Source of the DNA: Bdellovibrio sp.
Lineage (GTDB): Bacteria; Bdellovibrionota; Bdellovibrionia; Bdellovibrionales; Bdellovibrionaceae
Direction of reading: 5' to 3'
DNA length: 64,000 nt
Assembly: GCA_036677065.1 (NCBI GenBank)
Contig: JAKFBS010000004.1
Span: forward strand, 608,001-672,000
Position numbers and translations under genes: made by a program. Shown in pieces: positions 28,950 to 38,597 of this stretch. The notes beneath the pieces were generated by a model, which made no database searches, had not been told where the DNA came from, and saw only the letters and a list, made by a program, of their open reading frames with translations. Every line of letters starts with the position of its first letter. Position 1 is the stretch's first letter.

Positions 28950-30959
28950 GTGAATAAGTGGACCCAAGGACTCAATCCAGAGCAAGGCGATGCCGTGAAC
29001 CATAATCACGGCCCGCTGCTTATTTTAGCCGGAGCCGGCTCGGGTAAAACCACGGTTTTAGTTTCACGCACGGGGCGTTTGATCGACGAAAAAATCGCCA
29101 AAGCCGAAGAGATCTGCGTTTTAACTTTTACGAATAAGGCCGCGCGTGAATTAAAACACCGCGTGCAAGTTAAAGTCGGGATTAAATCAAAAGGCCTATG
29201 GGCTGGAACCTTTCATTCATTTGGATTACAACTTTTGCGTAAAAACCATAAACTTTGTGGTTTGCCGGCACAGTTCGGAATTTTAGATCAGTCAGATTCA
29301 CAAGCGGTCTTAAAAGACTTAGCTAAAAATCTGCGTAACACCACTAAAGATAAATTCGATTTTTCAAAAGTTTTAGATTTAGTGAATCAACTTCGCGCTA
29401 AAAAAACTTTACCTGTTGAATTAGAAGAGTATCACGAAATGGCGATGGCATTAATGCCCGGCTATGAGAAGGAACTTTTACGCCTAGGTGTGGTGGATTT
29501 TGAAGGTTTATTATTAGAACCTTTAAGGTTATTTCAAAAACATCCCGAAGTTCTGGTGAATACGCAAGAGCGTTTCAAACAGATCATGGTGGATGAATTT
29601 CAAGATACCAATCAAGAGCAGATGAAATTAATTCGCGCAATTTCTGAATCGCACACCAATCTTGCCGTTGTAGGTGATGATGACCAGTCGATTTACGGTT
29701 GGCGCGGCGCCGAGATTCAGAATATTTTAAATTTTCCGAAAGAATTTAAAAACTGCCAGGTGATTAAATTAGAGCGTAATTACCGATCGAGCGAAAATAT
29801 TTTAGATTTAGGCAATGCCGTTATCGCCAAAAACGCCAAACGTCATGGTAAAGTTTTACGTTCTGAAAAAGCCAAAAAAATTGAACACCAAAAACCTGAG
29901 GTCTTTGTTTTAGATAACGAAGATGACGAAGCTGACTTTGTTTGTCGTGAAATTCAAACGATCAAAGCTGCCGGTGGTAAAAATCGTGATATCGCGATTT
30001 TATACAGATCTAACACGCAAGGGGCCTTTATCGAGACCAGCTTGCGTAAAGGCCAAATTCCTTACAGCATCACTGGCGGCACTTCGATCTTTGATCGTAA
30101 AGAAGCCAAAGACTGGTTGGCGTATTTAAAACAATCTTTAAATGATGATGAAGTTTCATTTCGTCGTATCGTCAATTTGCCGCCGCGCGGTTTGGGTGAA
30201 AACACTCTAGATAAGCTGATGGCCTACGCAGAAGAAGTTGAACTGAACTTGCCGCAAGCTTCAAAAAAGTGGGATAAAGCAGGGCTTCCTGAAGATAAAG
30301 GTAAAATTTTAGATAACTTTAATGAATGGATGTGGACGTTTCCACAACGTTTATTAGATGACACTTCAATTGGTGAAACCATTTCTAAACGTTTTGAATT
30401 TCTTGTGCGTGAAATTGGTTATCGTGACCACATGATCAAAAACTCTGAAGGCATGGCGTTTGATAAAAAATGGCAAGTCGTTGAGATCGTGGGCCGAATA
30501 TTAGAAAGTTATGTGGGTCGTCGTGAACCTTCAATTGGCACGCTGAAAGATTTCGTTGATAGCATGCAGCTTCGTGATGATGTCGGTAATGAAGAAGTCA
30601 AAGATGAAGTGCAGTTGATGACGTTTCATGCCTCGAAAGGTTTGGAATTTCCGAATGTAATTTTAGTGGGGGTTGAAGAAGATTTGCTTCCGCATAAACG
30701 TTTAGGTGGAGACATCGATGAAGAGCGCAGACTTTTTTATGTGGGTATCACGCGGGCGCAAGAAAAGCTGACTTTAAGTTATTGTCGGCAGCGAAAAAAG
30801 CAGGGCGTGGTTCGTCCGGTGTCACCATCGCGGTTTTTGTTAGAAGTAGATCAAAGTCTTGTTGTGTGTCACGAAATGGGAAATCGTCCCGTTTCGGCCG
30901 ATGAGCGTGAAGATCTTGTTAAAAACTTTTTAGCTAAATTTGATTCTGCAAAAAAATAA
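28950..30959 (+). CDS. SF1 ATP-dependent DNA helicase, UvrD/Rep family, lacking the C-terminal Tudor domain
   Basis: AGAGSGKT, VDEFQDTN, GDDDQSIYGWRGA, LERNYRS, TFHASKGLEF and EERRLFYVGITRA motifs. Confidence 0.95.
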   Translation: MNKWTQGLNPEQGDAVNHNHGPLLILAGAGSGKTTVLVSRTGRLIDEKIAKAEEICVLTFTNKAARELKHRVQVKVGIKSKGLWAGTFHSFGLQLLRKNHKLCGLPAQFGILDQSDSQAVLKDLAKNLRNTTKDKFDFSKVLDLVNQLRAKKTLPVELEEYHEMAMALMPGYEKELLRLGVVDFEGLLLEPLRLFQKHPEVLVNTQERFKQIMVDEFQDTNQEQMKLIRAISESHTNLAVVGDDDQSIYGWRGAEIQNILNFPKEFKNCQVIKLERNYRSSENILDLGNAVIAKNAKRHGKVLRSEKAKKIEHQKPEVFVLDNEDDEADFVCREIQTIKAAGGKNRDIAILYRSNTQGAFIETSLRKGQIPYSITGGTSIFDRKEAKDWLAYLKQSLNDDEVSFRRIVNLPPRGLGENTLDKLMAYAEEVELNLPQASKKWDKAGLPEDKGKILDNFNEWMWTFPQRLLDDTSIGETISKRFEFLVREIGYRDHMIKNSEGMAFDKKWQVVEIVGRILESYVGRREPSIGTLKDFVDSMQLRDDVGNEEVKDEVQLMTFHASKGLEFPNVILVGVEEDLLPHKRLGGDIDEERRLFYVGITRAQEKLTLSYCRQRKKQGVVRPVSPSRFLLEVDQSLVVCHEMGNRPVSADEREDLVKNFLAKFDSAKK

Positions 30960-30967
30960 TAAACCAT

Positions 30968-30984
30968 TGTTTCAGGCTGATACA
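30968..30984. promoter_or_regulatory. Palindromic operator upstream of fibre 1
   Basis: TGTTTCA-ggc-TGATACA, starting 79 bp before the GTG. Confidence 0.7.
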
Positions 30985-31031
30985 ATCCAGTAAACAAAAC
31001 AGATAAAAATCTTTAAAAAATCGTCAATTAT

Positions 31032-31039
31032 GCCGACAA
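31032..31039 (+). promoter_or_regulatory. sigma28/FliA-type -10 box, fibre 1
   Basis: GCCGACAA, 7 nt before the GTG; TAAA lies 14 nt upstream. Confidence 0.7.
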
Positions 31040-31046
31040 GTTACCT

Positions 31047-34000
31047 GTGGTGAACGTACGTTGGCAGACTAAAAATCTGAATCTTTTTGTAATCGTTTTT
31101 GTATTCATGTTTATGAATACATCACCGACATTTGCCGGACCAAATCGCACAACCTATCAAGCTAAAATTGTAAAACCAGATGGCTATCCACTTGAATCTT
31201 CGAGCGTTAATTTTAAATTTACAATTTTAGATCCGACCGGAAGTTGTATTTTATATGCTGAAACTTATTCTTCAGTGAATATGTCTTCAACTGGCGGATT
31301 AATTTCTTTCTCGTTAGGATCTGGCGTTAAAACATATCCAGCATCAGCTACAACATTTGAACAGGTTTTTTCTAATATCACTCCGACGTTATCTTGTGAT
31401 GCCGGTGGACCGCCAAGTTATTCTCCGGCAAGCAGCGACGCGCGAAAAATCGTGATGCAGTTTCATGACGGTGCCGGTTGGCAAACTTTGCCTGCGATGA
31501 GCATCAACGCTGTACCATATGCAATGTACGCCAGTGAAGCTTCTAGCTTAAATGGTAAAACTGATGCTGACTTTGTTCAGCTTGCATCGGTGCCAACGTG
31601 TTTAACAACAGAAGCTCTGCATTACAACGGCACTAGTTTTTCGTGTGTGAATACGGCGAGTGTTTCTGCAGCGGCCGTGGTTTCTGCATTAGGTTATACT
31701 CCCGCAGATGCGGTGAGCGTGACAGCGCTGAGCTCTTCGTTATCGACGACAGATTCGGCAGTGTCGGCTGTATCAGCTTCTGTATTTTCAGTAGCCGCTA
31801 ATGTCGCTTCGGTTTCGTCAAGTGTGTTTGCTGTTTCTTCAACGGTTTCATTATTAGCTAATACAGTTTCTGCGATCACGTCATCGCAATGGACATCAAG
31901 CGGAACAACAGTTTTTTACAATGCTGGAAATGTAGGAATCGGCACAGATAATCCGATCACCACATTAGAAGTGAGCGGAGCAATTACTGCGACTAACGGA
32001 GCGGGCACATTAAATTTACGTGCAGGCGCTGTGCAAGATCATACTTATATGCAATTTTTTGCTCGCAGTGCAAATCCAGCATCACGTACAGGTTATATTG
32101 GATATCCCACAGCTGGCACAAGCCAGCTTAACATCTACAATGAAACTGCAGCTGGCGCCATCGGATTTGGCACTAATGCCACCTCACGCATGATGATCAC
32201 GTCTGCCGGTAATATAGGTATTGGTACAACATTGCCGATGACTAAATTAGAAGTTTCTGGCGGCGTACGCATCAGTATGGAAGCTGCAACTTGTACTGTC
32301 AGTTATGCCGGAACTCTACGTTATAATTCTGGTTTAGTTGAATATTGTAATGGCGCTTCATGGTCAGCATTTGGTGTGGCCGGTGCAGGGATTACTTTAT
32401 TTAATGGTTCATCTTCTGGCACACAAACTTTTGTGACGGGAATCAGTGGAACTAATTTTGATATTACTTCTTCAAATGGCGTTCATACTTTCAGTATTCC
32501 GTTAGCAGCTTCTTCGTCTGTAACTGCCGGTTTATTATCAAATGCAGATTACACGGCGTTCACAAACAAAGTTAGTGCAACTAGTGCTTCTGTAATTTCA
32601 GCTTTAGGTTATGCACCAGCAAGTGCAACAGGCGTTGCGACTTTAACTTCGAATTTAAATACGGTTTCATCGACGGTTTCTAGTTTAACGGCATCTACTG
32701 CAGCAAGTTTTTCTGCAATTACTTCTTCGCAATGGGTTACAAGCGGTACCGCGATTTACTACAACACAGGTGGAGTTGGTATCGGTACATCAAATCCATC
32801 AAGTGGATTAACAGTTAACGGACAAGTTGCATTTCAAAATGGTTCTGGCACGGGAATCGGCGCCGTGTTTAACAATGCAGGATCTTTAAATTTTCAGGCG
32901 AATTCGAATTCAAATGGGTTACAACTTGGAACTTCGACGGCAAATCCAATATCTCTTTATACAAATGGTTCAACAAAAGTAACTGTAACTTCTGGCGGAT
33001 ATATGGGGCTTGGAACTTCGGCTCCGATTTATAATCTGGATATTGCTGGCGGCAGTAATGCAGCCGCTATTGGTATTACAGGCTCAGGAAATAGCGGGCA
33101 CACTTCAACTTTATATCTAAATTCAACTGCGGTTTCTGCAACTTCTTATGTAAGACAAGATTCTTTTGGAAGTTATGCTGCAGGAACTGGTTCGAACGGA
33201 CATGGATTAAACTTTCTATCGGGTCGTCCGGGCTATAGTAATTTTACATTCCGTGATAGCAATGAAAACGTGGGCGTTGCCATCGTTAGTGATTACACAA
33301 AAGTAACTTCAATGCCATATGCTGCCCACTTATTAGTAGGTGGTAATGTGGGTATCGGCCGTATTGCTCCGGTTACAAAACTAGATGTTGCCGGCGGTGT
33401 GAAAATCAGTATGGAAGCTGCGACATGTGCGGCAAGTTATGCGGGTACTCTACGTTATAATTCGGGTTCTGTAGAATACTGTAACGGAACTTCATGGGCC
33501 GCTTTCGGAGTTTCGACTTCAGGTTTAACTTCGTTAAATGGATCTAGTTCGCAAACACAAACTTTTGCAAATGGTGCAACAGGTACTCAGCCTGCGTATG
33601 TTACGACAAATGGAGTTCACACTTTAAATATTCCGTTAGCGTCTGCAGGTTCTGTGACTGCGGGTTTATTATCAAATGCTGATTACGTTTCATTTTCAAA
33701 TAAAGTGAATGCAACAAGTGCAGCTATTATTTCTGCTTTAGGTTATACTCCTGCAAATAATGCAGCGTCGGGAACTTATGCCGTTAAATCTAATAATTTA
33801 TCTGATTTAACTTCTGCAACGGTAGCACGATCTAATTTAGGCTTAGGTTCAATCGCTTTATTAAATTCGGTTGATTTAAGCGGATCGCAAGCGACAGGAA
33901 CTTTAGCTGCAGCACGATTACCGGCACACACGGGCGATGTGCAGTCGTCTGCGGGTTCTGCCGTGTTAACTTTAGCTTCGGTTGGTTCAGGTGTAACAAG

Positions 34001-37000
34001 TGGTTCGCAATACACGAAAGTCACTGTTGATGGTAAAGGCCGCGTAACAAGTGGAGCGCAGTTATCTGTAACAGATGTGACGACTGCTTTAGGTTACACT
34101 CCGGCAAGTGCTTCGGCATCAACGCAGTGGATAACCAGCGGTACAGCGATTAGTTACGTTGCCGGTAGTGTTGGTATTGGCACTGTTAATCCGGAAGGCC
34201 CGTTACATATTTTATCAAGTTCGCCAAACGCCATTATTTTAGAAAGATCGAATTCTAATAATTCACATATTCAATATAAAAATACCGCAGGTTCTGTTTA
34301 TGCGGGCTTAAACATGACAGGTTCTTTTGCTATCGGGCCAAATTTAAATTTATCATCAAGCCCTTTTCTAACTGTGACCAGTGGAACAGGTAATGTGGGG
34401 ATTGGCATTGCCGCACCCCAAGAGCAGCTGCATTTAAGTAGAGTTTTAAAATTTACGAATACCGTAGGAGTCAGTAACTTTCGTGCACCAACAGCCGATA
34501 GTTTCAGAATTTTTAACCACGACGATCAAAGCACTGGTAATGCCTACGGCACTGGTGATAATAACGCGATTATTTTTGAAAATGTTGACAGTAATAATCC
34601 GGCACCAGACGACAGTATGTATTTTGTAAATCATGGGTCGAGCGGACCGGTACATGCCCTGACCATCAAGGGAACTGGCAATATAGGTATTGGATTAATA
34701 AACCCAACTGCTAAATTGCATTTAACTTCTGGTTCAACTTCAGTTGCACCGGTAAGAATGACTGCGGGAAATTTGTTATCGTCTCCACAAGCGGGAGCGA
34801 TTGAGTATGATGGAACTTCTTTTTATGTAACTGATGGTGCAAATTCACGTAAAGCTATCGTTACTGATACGAATGGTTATTACGCTGTTAATACTCTGAC
34901 ATCTGCGGGCCACATGATTTTAGCTCCGACTGGTTCAGTTTTTGTTTCTTCAACCGCAGTTTCAACAAACTCAAACACTGGCGCCTTAGTTGTGAGTGGC
35001 GGTGTCGGCGTTGCCGGAAATATTAATGCTGCTGGAAACATTACAACAACTGCAAATATGCAAGCGGCGTCGATCACGGCAACAAGCGGAATTATTTCTC
35101 CGTATATTGCCGGTAGTGTGGCTTCGGGTGGTGCGATCACAATTGATTCAACAACAAATGCCGGTAAAGGAAATATTTATTTAAACCCTAACGGCGGCAA
35201 AGTGGGTATTGGTTATAATTCACCACTCGGAAAACTTCATATCGGCGGATCAATGTCTGGAGCTTATCGCTCTTGGATGGATAACGGTCTATTGATAGGA
35301 AAATCTGGCGACAGTGATGGTGGTTATTTCGGTCTAAAAGACGAAGGTTTAAATCGTCAAGACACCGTCATTGCCTGGGGCGATGATGCAACTGATGTTT
35401 TAAGATTCATTCATACATTAAGTGGTGGGGCCTCTGATGGTGCTGAAGCTATGCGAATTACGGCTGGCGGTAATGTCGGTATTGGAACATCTGCACCTGC
35501 ACAAAGATTATCGGTGAATGGTGATGTGAGTATTACCGGTGATTTAAGAATGACTGGTAATGATAGCTACATTTGGACCAACGGATCAGGTACTGGATAT
35601 ACAGGAATTTGGGATACAGCTAATTCTAGAGCGTTACTTTTTACTTCAGAAAATTCAGGCAACGTGGGTATTAGAACGACAGCTCCTGTCACAGAGTTAG
35701 ATGTCAGCGGAAGTGTTTTGGTTCGTGGACAAAATATTTTTATGAATCATGATGCTGGTACGAATGTTAATAATGATTATTTTAATTATGATGATAATGC
35801 AGTTTTAGGCGCTGGCGGGGTATTTTCGTTCTTTGCAGATTCTGCGCGTGGTTTAAGTTGGACAGGCGCGAACGGCGCTATTGCCGCTCGAGCTGGTTAC
35901 TTTGTGAATAATGTATCTATCGGAACATCAGCAACGACAAGAACACTTGAAGTGAACGGTTCTATTAACGCCGGTGGTATGGTTGCAGAGACTTTTACTT
36001 TCGGAATCGATGGCACTGTGAATGGAACGTGGGCTATTGGTTCTTTATCAAATAATGGAACTGTCGTGCATGCAACGTTTGATCTTCACGTGCATAACGG
36101 CAGTACTATTGATGCCTTGAAGTTTCAAGTAAGTCTTCCGACCTATTCAAATGGAACTTTCTATTCAGGCTGGCAAGAGCTTCCGGTCGCATTTGGAAGC
36201 TCTGCATGGAATGGTCAGAAAAACTATGTTGTTGATGTATTGCGTACGTCGGCCTCTTCAGGTAATCCGATTTTCTTTCGTGTCAGAAATAAAGGCGGGA
36301 ATGGCTCGGCTTCAAGTATGAAAGTGCGTATGACTTATAACAGTGATCAAACTTTTACCCGTATCACTCACCAAAATACTGTAGGTACTGCATTTAATGC
36401 AGGAACTGCAGCAGCAGGTGGACCGGTTGATGGTATGTATGGTGCTTTAGAGTATTCATTTCCTGTAGCTGTTGGCCAGGGTTGGAGACCGGCTGATCAT
36501 AATGGCCTATTTGTTAAAAACAGTGGTTATGTCGGTATCGGCACAAGCACTCCAAGCGAAATGTTAGAAGTCAGCGGCAGTGTGAAAGCTACAGCTTACT
36601 TATACACTTCTGATCGCAGATTAAAAAAAGATATTATCACTTTGCCAGATGCTTTAGCTAGCGTGCTAAAACTTCGTGGTGTGAATTTCGTCTGGAAAAA
36701 CAATAATGAAAAAACTGTGGGTTTTATCGCGCAAGAAGTTGAAGCGGTATATCCAGAACTTGTAAAAACTGATAAAGTATCGGGCTTTAAAGCTGTTCAG
36801 TACGGAAATATCGTAGCGATTTTAGTTGAAGCGATTAAACAAGAAAATAAAGAACGTTTAGAGGCGCAAAACCGTTGCGAAGCTCAAATTGCAAACGTGC
36901 AACGTTCAGTAGCCAGTGGCAGTGATAAATCGGATGCGCGTATCAATCAGCTTGAAAAAGAAAATCTAGAGCTTAAAAATCGCTTAGAAAAAATCGAGAA

Positions 37001-37025
37001 ATTCTTAAACGAAAAAGTAAAATGA
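31047..37025 (+). CDS. Fibre 1: secreted mosaic trimeric fibre adhesin with C-terminal peptidase S74 chaperone
   Basis: 1992 aa. Signal peptide ending TFA, conserved N-domain (TTYQAKIVKPDGYPLE), GNVGIGT and ALGYTPA repeats, tail-fibre repeat YTKVTVDGKGRVT, and S74 SDRRLKK (Ser codon at 36609) with GFIAQEV. Confidence 0.9.
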   Translation: MVNVRWQTKNLNLFVIVFVFMFMNTSPTFAGPNRTTYQAKIVKPDGYPLESSSVNFKFTILDPTGSCILYAETYSSVNMSSTGGLISFSLGSGVKTYPASATTFEQVFSNITPTLSCDAGGPPSYSPASSDARKIVMQFHDGAGWQTLPAMSINAVPYAMYASEASSLNGKTDADFVQLASVPTCLTTEALHYNGTSFSCVNTASVSAAAVVSALGYTPADAVSVTALSSSLSTTDSAVSAVSASVFSVAANVASVSSSVFAVSSTVSLLANTVSAITSSQWTSSGTTVFYNAGNVGIGTDNPITTLEVSGAITATNGAGTLNLRAGAVQDHTYMQFFARSANPASRTGYIGYPTAGTSQLNIYNETAAGAIGFGTNATSRMMITSAGNIGIGTTLPMTKLEVSGGVRISMEAATCTVSYAGTLRYNSGLVEYCNGASWSAFGVAGAGITLFNGSSSGTQTFVTGISGTNFDITSSNGVHTFSIPLAASSSVTAGLLSNADYTAFTNKVSATSASVISALGYAPASATGVATLTSNLNTVSSTVSSLTASTAASFSAITSSQWVTSGTAIYYNTGGVGIGTSNPSSGLTVNGQVAFQNGSGTGIGAVFNNAGSLNFQANSNSNGLQLGTSTANPISLYTNGSTKVTVTSGGYMGLGTSAPIYNLDIAGGSNAAAIGITGSGNSGHTSTLYLNSTAVSATSYVRQDSFGSYAAGTGSNGHGLNFLSGRPGYSNFTFRDSNENVGVAIVSDYTKVTSMPYAAHLLVGGNVGIGRIAPVTKLDVAGGVKISMEAATCAASYAGTLRYNSGSVEYCNGTSWAAFGVSTSGLTSLNGSSSQTQTFANGATGTQPAYVTTNGVHTLNIPLASAGSVTAGLLSNADYVSFSNKVNATSAAIISALGYTPANNAASGTYAVKSNNLSDLTSATVARSNLGLGSIALLNSVDLSGSQATGTLAAARLPAHTGDVQSSAGSAVLTLASVGSGVTSGSQYTKVTVDGKGRVTSGAQLSVTDVTTALGYTPASASASTQWITSGTAISYVAGSVGIGTVNPEGPLHILSSSPNAIILERSNSNNSHIQYKNTAGSVYAGLNMTGSFAIGPNLNLSSSPFLTVTSGTGNVGIGIAAPQEQLHLSRVLKFTNTVGVSNFRAPTADSFRIFNHDDQSTGNAYGTGDNNAIIFENVDSNNPAPDDSMYFVNHGSSGPVHALTIKGTGNIGIGLINPTAKLHLTSGSTSVAPVRMTAGNLLSSPQAGAIEYDGTSFYVTDGANSRKAIVTDTNGYYAVNTLTSAGHMILAPTGSVFVSSTAVSTNSNTGALVVSGGVGVAGNINAAGNITTTANMQAASITATSGIISPYIAGSVASGGAITIDSTTNAGKGNIYLNPNGGKVGIGYNSPLGKLHIGGSMSGAYRSWMDNGLLIGKSGDSDGGYFGLKDEGLNRQDTVIAWGDDATDVLRFIHTLSGGASDGAEAMRITAGGNVGIGTSAPAQRLSVNGDVSITGDLRMTGNDSYIWTNGSGTGYTGIWDTANSRALLFTSENSGNVGIRTTAPVTELDVSGSVLVRGQNIFMNHDAGTNVNNDYFNYDDNAVLGAGGVFSFFADSARGLSWTGANGAIAARAGYFVNNVSIGTSATTRTLEVNGSINAGGMVAETFTFGIDGTVNGTWAIGSLSNNGTVVHATFDLHVHNGSTIDALKFQVSLPTYSNGTFYSGWQELPVAFGSSAWNGQKNYVVDVLRTSASSGNPIFFRVRNKGGNGSASSMKVRMTYNSDQTFTRITHQNTVGTAFNAGTAAAGGPVDGMYGALEYSFPVAVGQGWRPADHNGLFVKNSGYVGIGTSTPSEMLEVSGSVKATAYLYTSDRRLKKDIITLPDALASVLKLRGVNFVWKNNNEKTVGFIAQEVEAVYPELVKTDKVSGFKAVQYGNIVAILVEAIKQENKERLEAQNRCEAQIANVQRSVASGSDKSDARINQLEKENLELKNRLEKIEKFLNEKVK

Positions 37026-38497
37026 AAAAGCTTTTAGTTTTACTTGTTTTTATGCCCATGCTGATCGGGATTAATAACCTGACCGATGGCTATCGGATTC
37101 CTGCCGCCGGTGGATCAATGCGCATCTATGCGAAAAATGGCGGCGCTCAGGGAGCTTGTTATACGGTTCAAAATAATCACGGAACAAATGACTTATTTGT
37201 CCCGACAAAGTCCACGACCGAGTGGGCATCGTTTATTACTAATGCACCAACCTTTGTTGCAAAAGCTTTATGTCAGCCAAAATCATGTAAAGAGATTATG
37301 ACTTTAATGGGGAATCCTGCTGACGGAGTTTACACCATTGATTCAGATGGCGCCGGAGCCGGTGCTTCCTATCAAACTTACTGTGATATGACGACAGACG
37401 GCGGCGGCTGGACAAGAATTTTTCGCCATCATGTGCAAGGCGGATATTTCGCAACGACATCTGATGCGATCAGTAAAAATACGAACGATGCCAATCACAA
37501 TCTGTATTCGGCATTAGATAAAATTCCTGATTTTATCAGTAATGGAAAATATCGCTTTCGTATGAATTGGCCAGGTTATTCAGAGAAAAATATTTGGATA
37601 CAGACAACGAATCCATTAGACGATGTGGATGTAGCGGGTGTTGTTCCGATTGCAGTGAATACCTTTACACAAACAAGATTACTTAATTGGGGTGGAATTG
37701 AACTGGGTAACGGGACACATGGCCCAACCAACGGAGATGCTTCATTAATTGATGGATCTATTGAACATGGCAATTGGTTTTTTGCCATTGGCAGTGATGC
37801 TCCATATTCTACTCCGCCGGGCATTCCGGCCGATACGCCGCTTCTTGCTAGTGGTGGGGTTTCTGAAACGGTGTTATGGATTAAAGAAGATGATGTCGTC
37901 GTGTCTTACAACTCATGTAAAGCGATTTTAGATGCGGGTGCGTCAACAGGTTCAGGAATTTACACAATTGATCCGGGAAGTCTTGGTTCACCAATTCCGG
38001 TTTACTGTGACATGACGAGCGATGGTGGCGGCTGGACACGAGCTTTTTATCATACCGCTTCGGGATCACTTTTTGTGAACAACGCAGAAGCGCTTTCAAG
38101 TAATCAGACAGCACCGCTGACCACAACAAAATATTCTATTTTAAATCGCCTGTCAGGATTTCTGCGTGCCGGAAAATTTGAATTAAAAATTGATTGGCCA
38201 TTGAGTCCGAATCCTACTATTAGAAATTGGTGGACACAAACCAGTGATTTTACTTCGCAACCAGTGGCAGGTTATGTCGGAGTTTCAATCGGCACATCAA
38301 CACAAGGCTGGGGCGGCTTAGAATACGGAACGCCCGGAACAACGCTTGCTGATGGTTCGGTGGGAACAGGTTCTTATTGGTATGCGATTGGCTTAAATGC
38401 ACTTTGGGGAGCAAACAATCCTGGGTTGCCATCGTCTGAAGAAGTTGCTGGGGCGCCAGACACGGGAGTACCCCGGGTCGAACTTTGGGTTAAGTAA
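37022..38497 (+). CDS. Secreted protein with two fibrinogen-like (YCDxxxxGGGW) domains, partner of fibre 1
   Basis: Two SCK...G(V/I)YTID...YCDMTxDGGGWTR units; ATGA overlap with the fibre 1 stop. Confidence 0.88.
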   Translation: MKKLLVLLVFMPMLIGINNLTDGYRIPAAGGSMRIYAKNGGAQGACYTVQNNHGTNDLFVPTKSTTEWASFITNAPTFVAKALCQPKSCKEIMTLMGNPADGVYTIDSDGAGAGASYQTYCDMTTDGGGWTRIFRHHVQGGYFATTSDAISKNTNDANHNLYSALDKIPDFISNGKYRFRMNWPGYSEKNIWIQTTNPLDDVDVAGVVPIAVNTFTQTRLLNWGGIELGNGTHGPTNGDASLIDGSIEHGNWFFAIGSDAPYSTPPGIPADTPLLASGGVSETVLWIKEDDVVVSYNSCKAILDAGASTGSGIYTIDPGSLGSPIPVYCDMTSDGGGWTRAFYHTASGSLFVNNAEALSSNQTAPLTTTKYSILNRLSGFLRAGKFELKIDWPLSPNPTIRNWWTQTSDFTSQPVAGYVGVSIGTSTQGWGGLEYGTPGTTLADGSVGTGSYWYAIGLNALWGANNPGLPSSEEVAGAPDTGVPRVELWVK

Positions 38498-38517
38498 TTT
38501 TAACAAGATTTAGATTC

Positions 38518-38534
38518 TGTTTCATGTTGAAACA
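38518..38534. promoter_or_regulatory. Palindromic operator upstream of fibre 2
   Basis: Perfect arms TGTTTCA-tgt-TGAAACA, starting 80 bp before the GTG. Confidence 0.75.
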
Positions 38535-38582
38535 ATCCACTAAACAAAAACCAAAATTAATCTTCATTTTAATGTCAAAAAT

Positions 38583-38590
38583 ACCGACAA
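38583..38590 (+). promoter_or_regulatory. sigma28-type -10 box, fibre 2
   Basis: ACCGACAA, 7 nt before the GTG. Confidence 0.65.
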
Positions 38591-38597
38591 GAATGCT

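Noticed and set aside
38518..38534. parS site (TGTTTCACGTGAAACA)
   Set aside because: The half-sites match, but the spacer is 3 variable nt rather than the 2-nt CG. The copies also sit at near-fixed distances from promoters, which fits a transcription-factor operator better.
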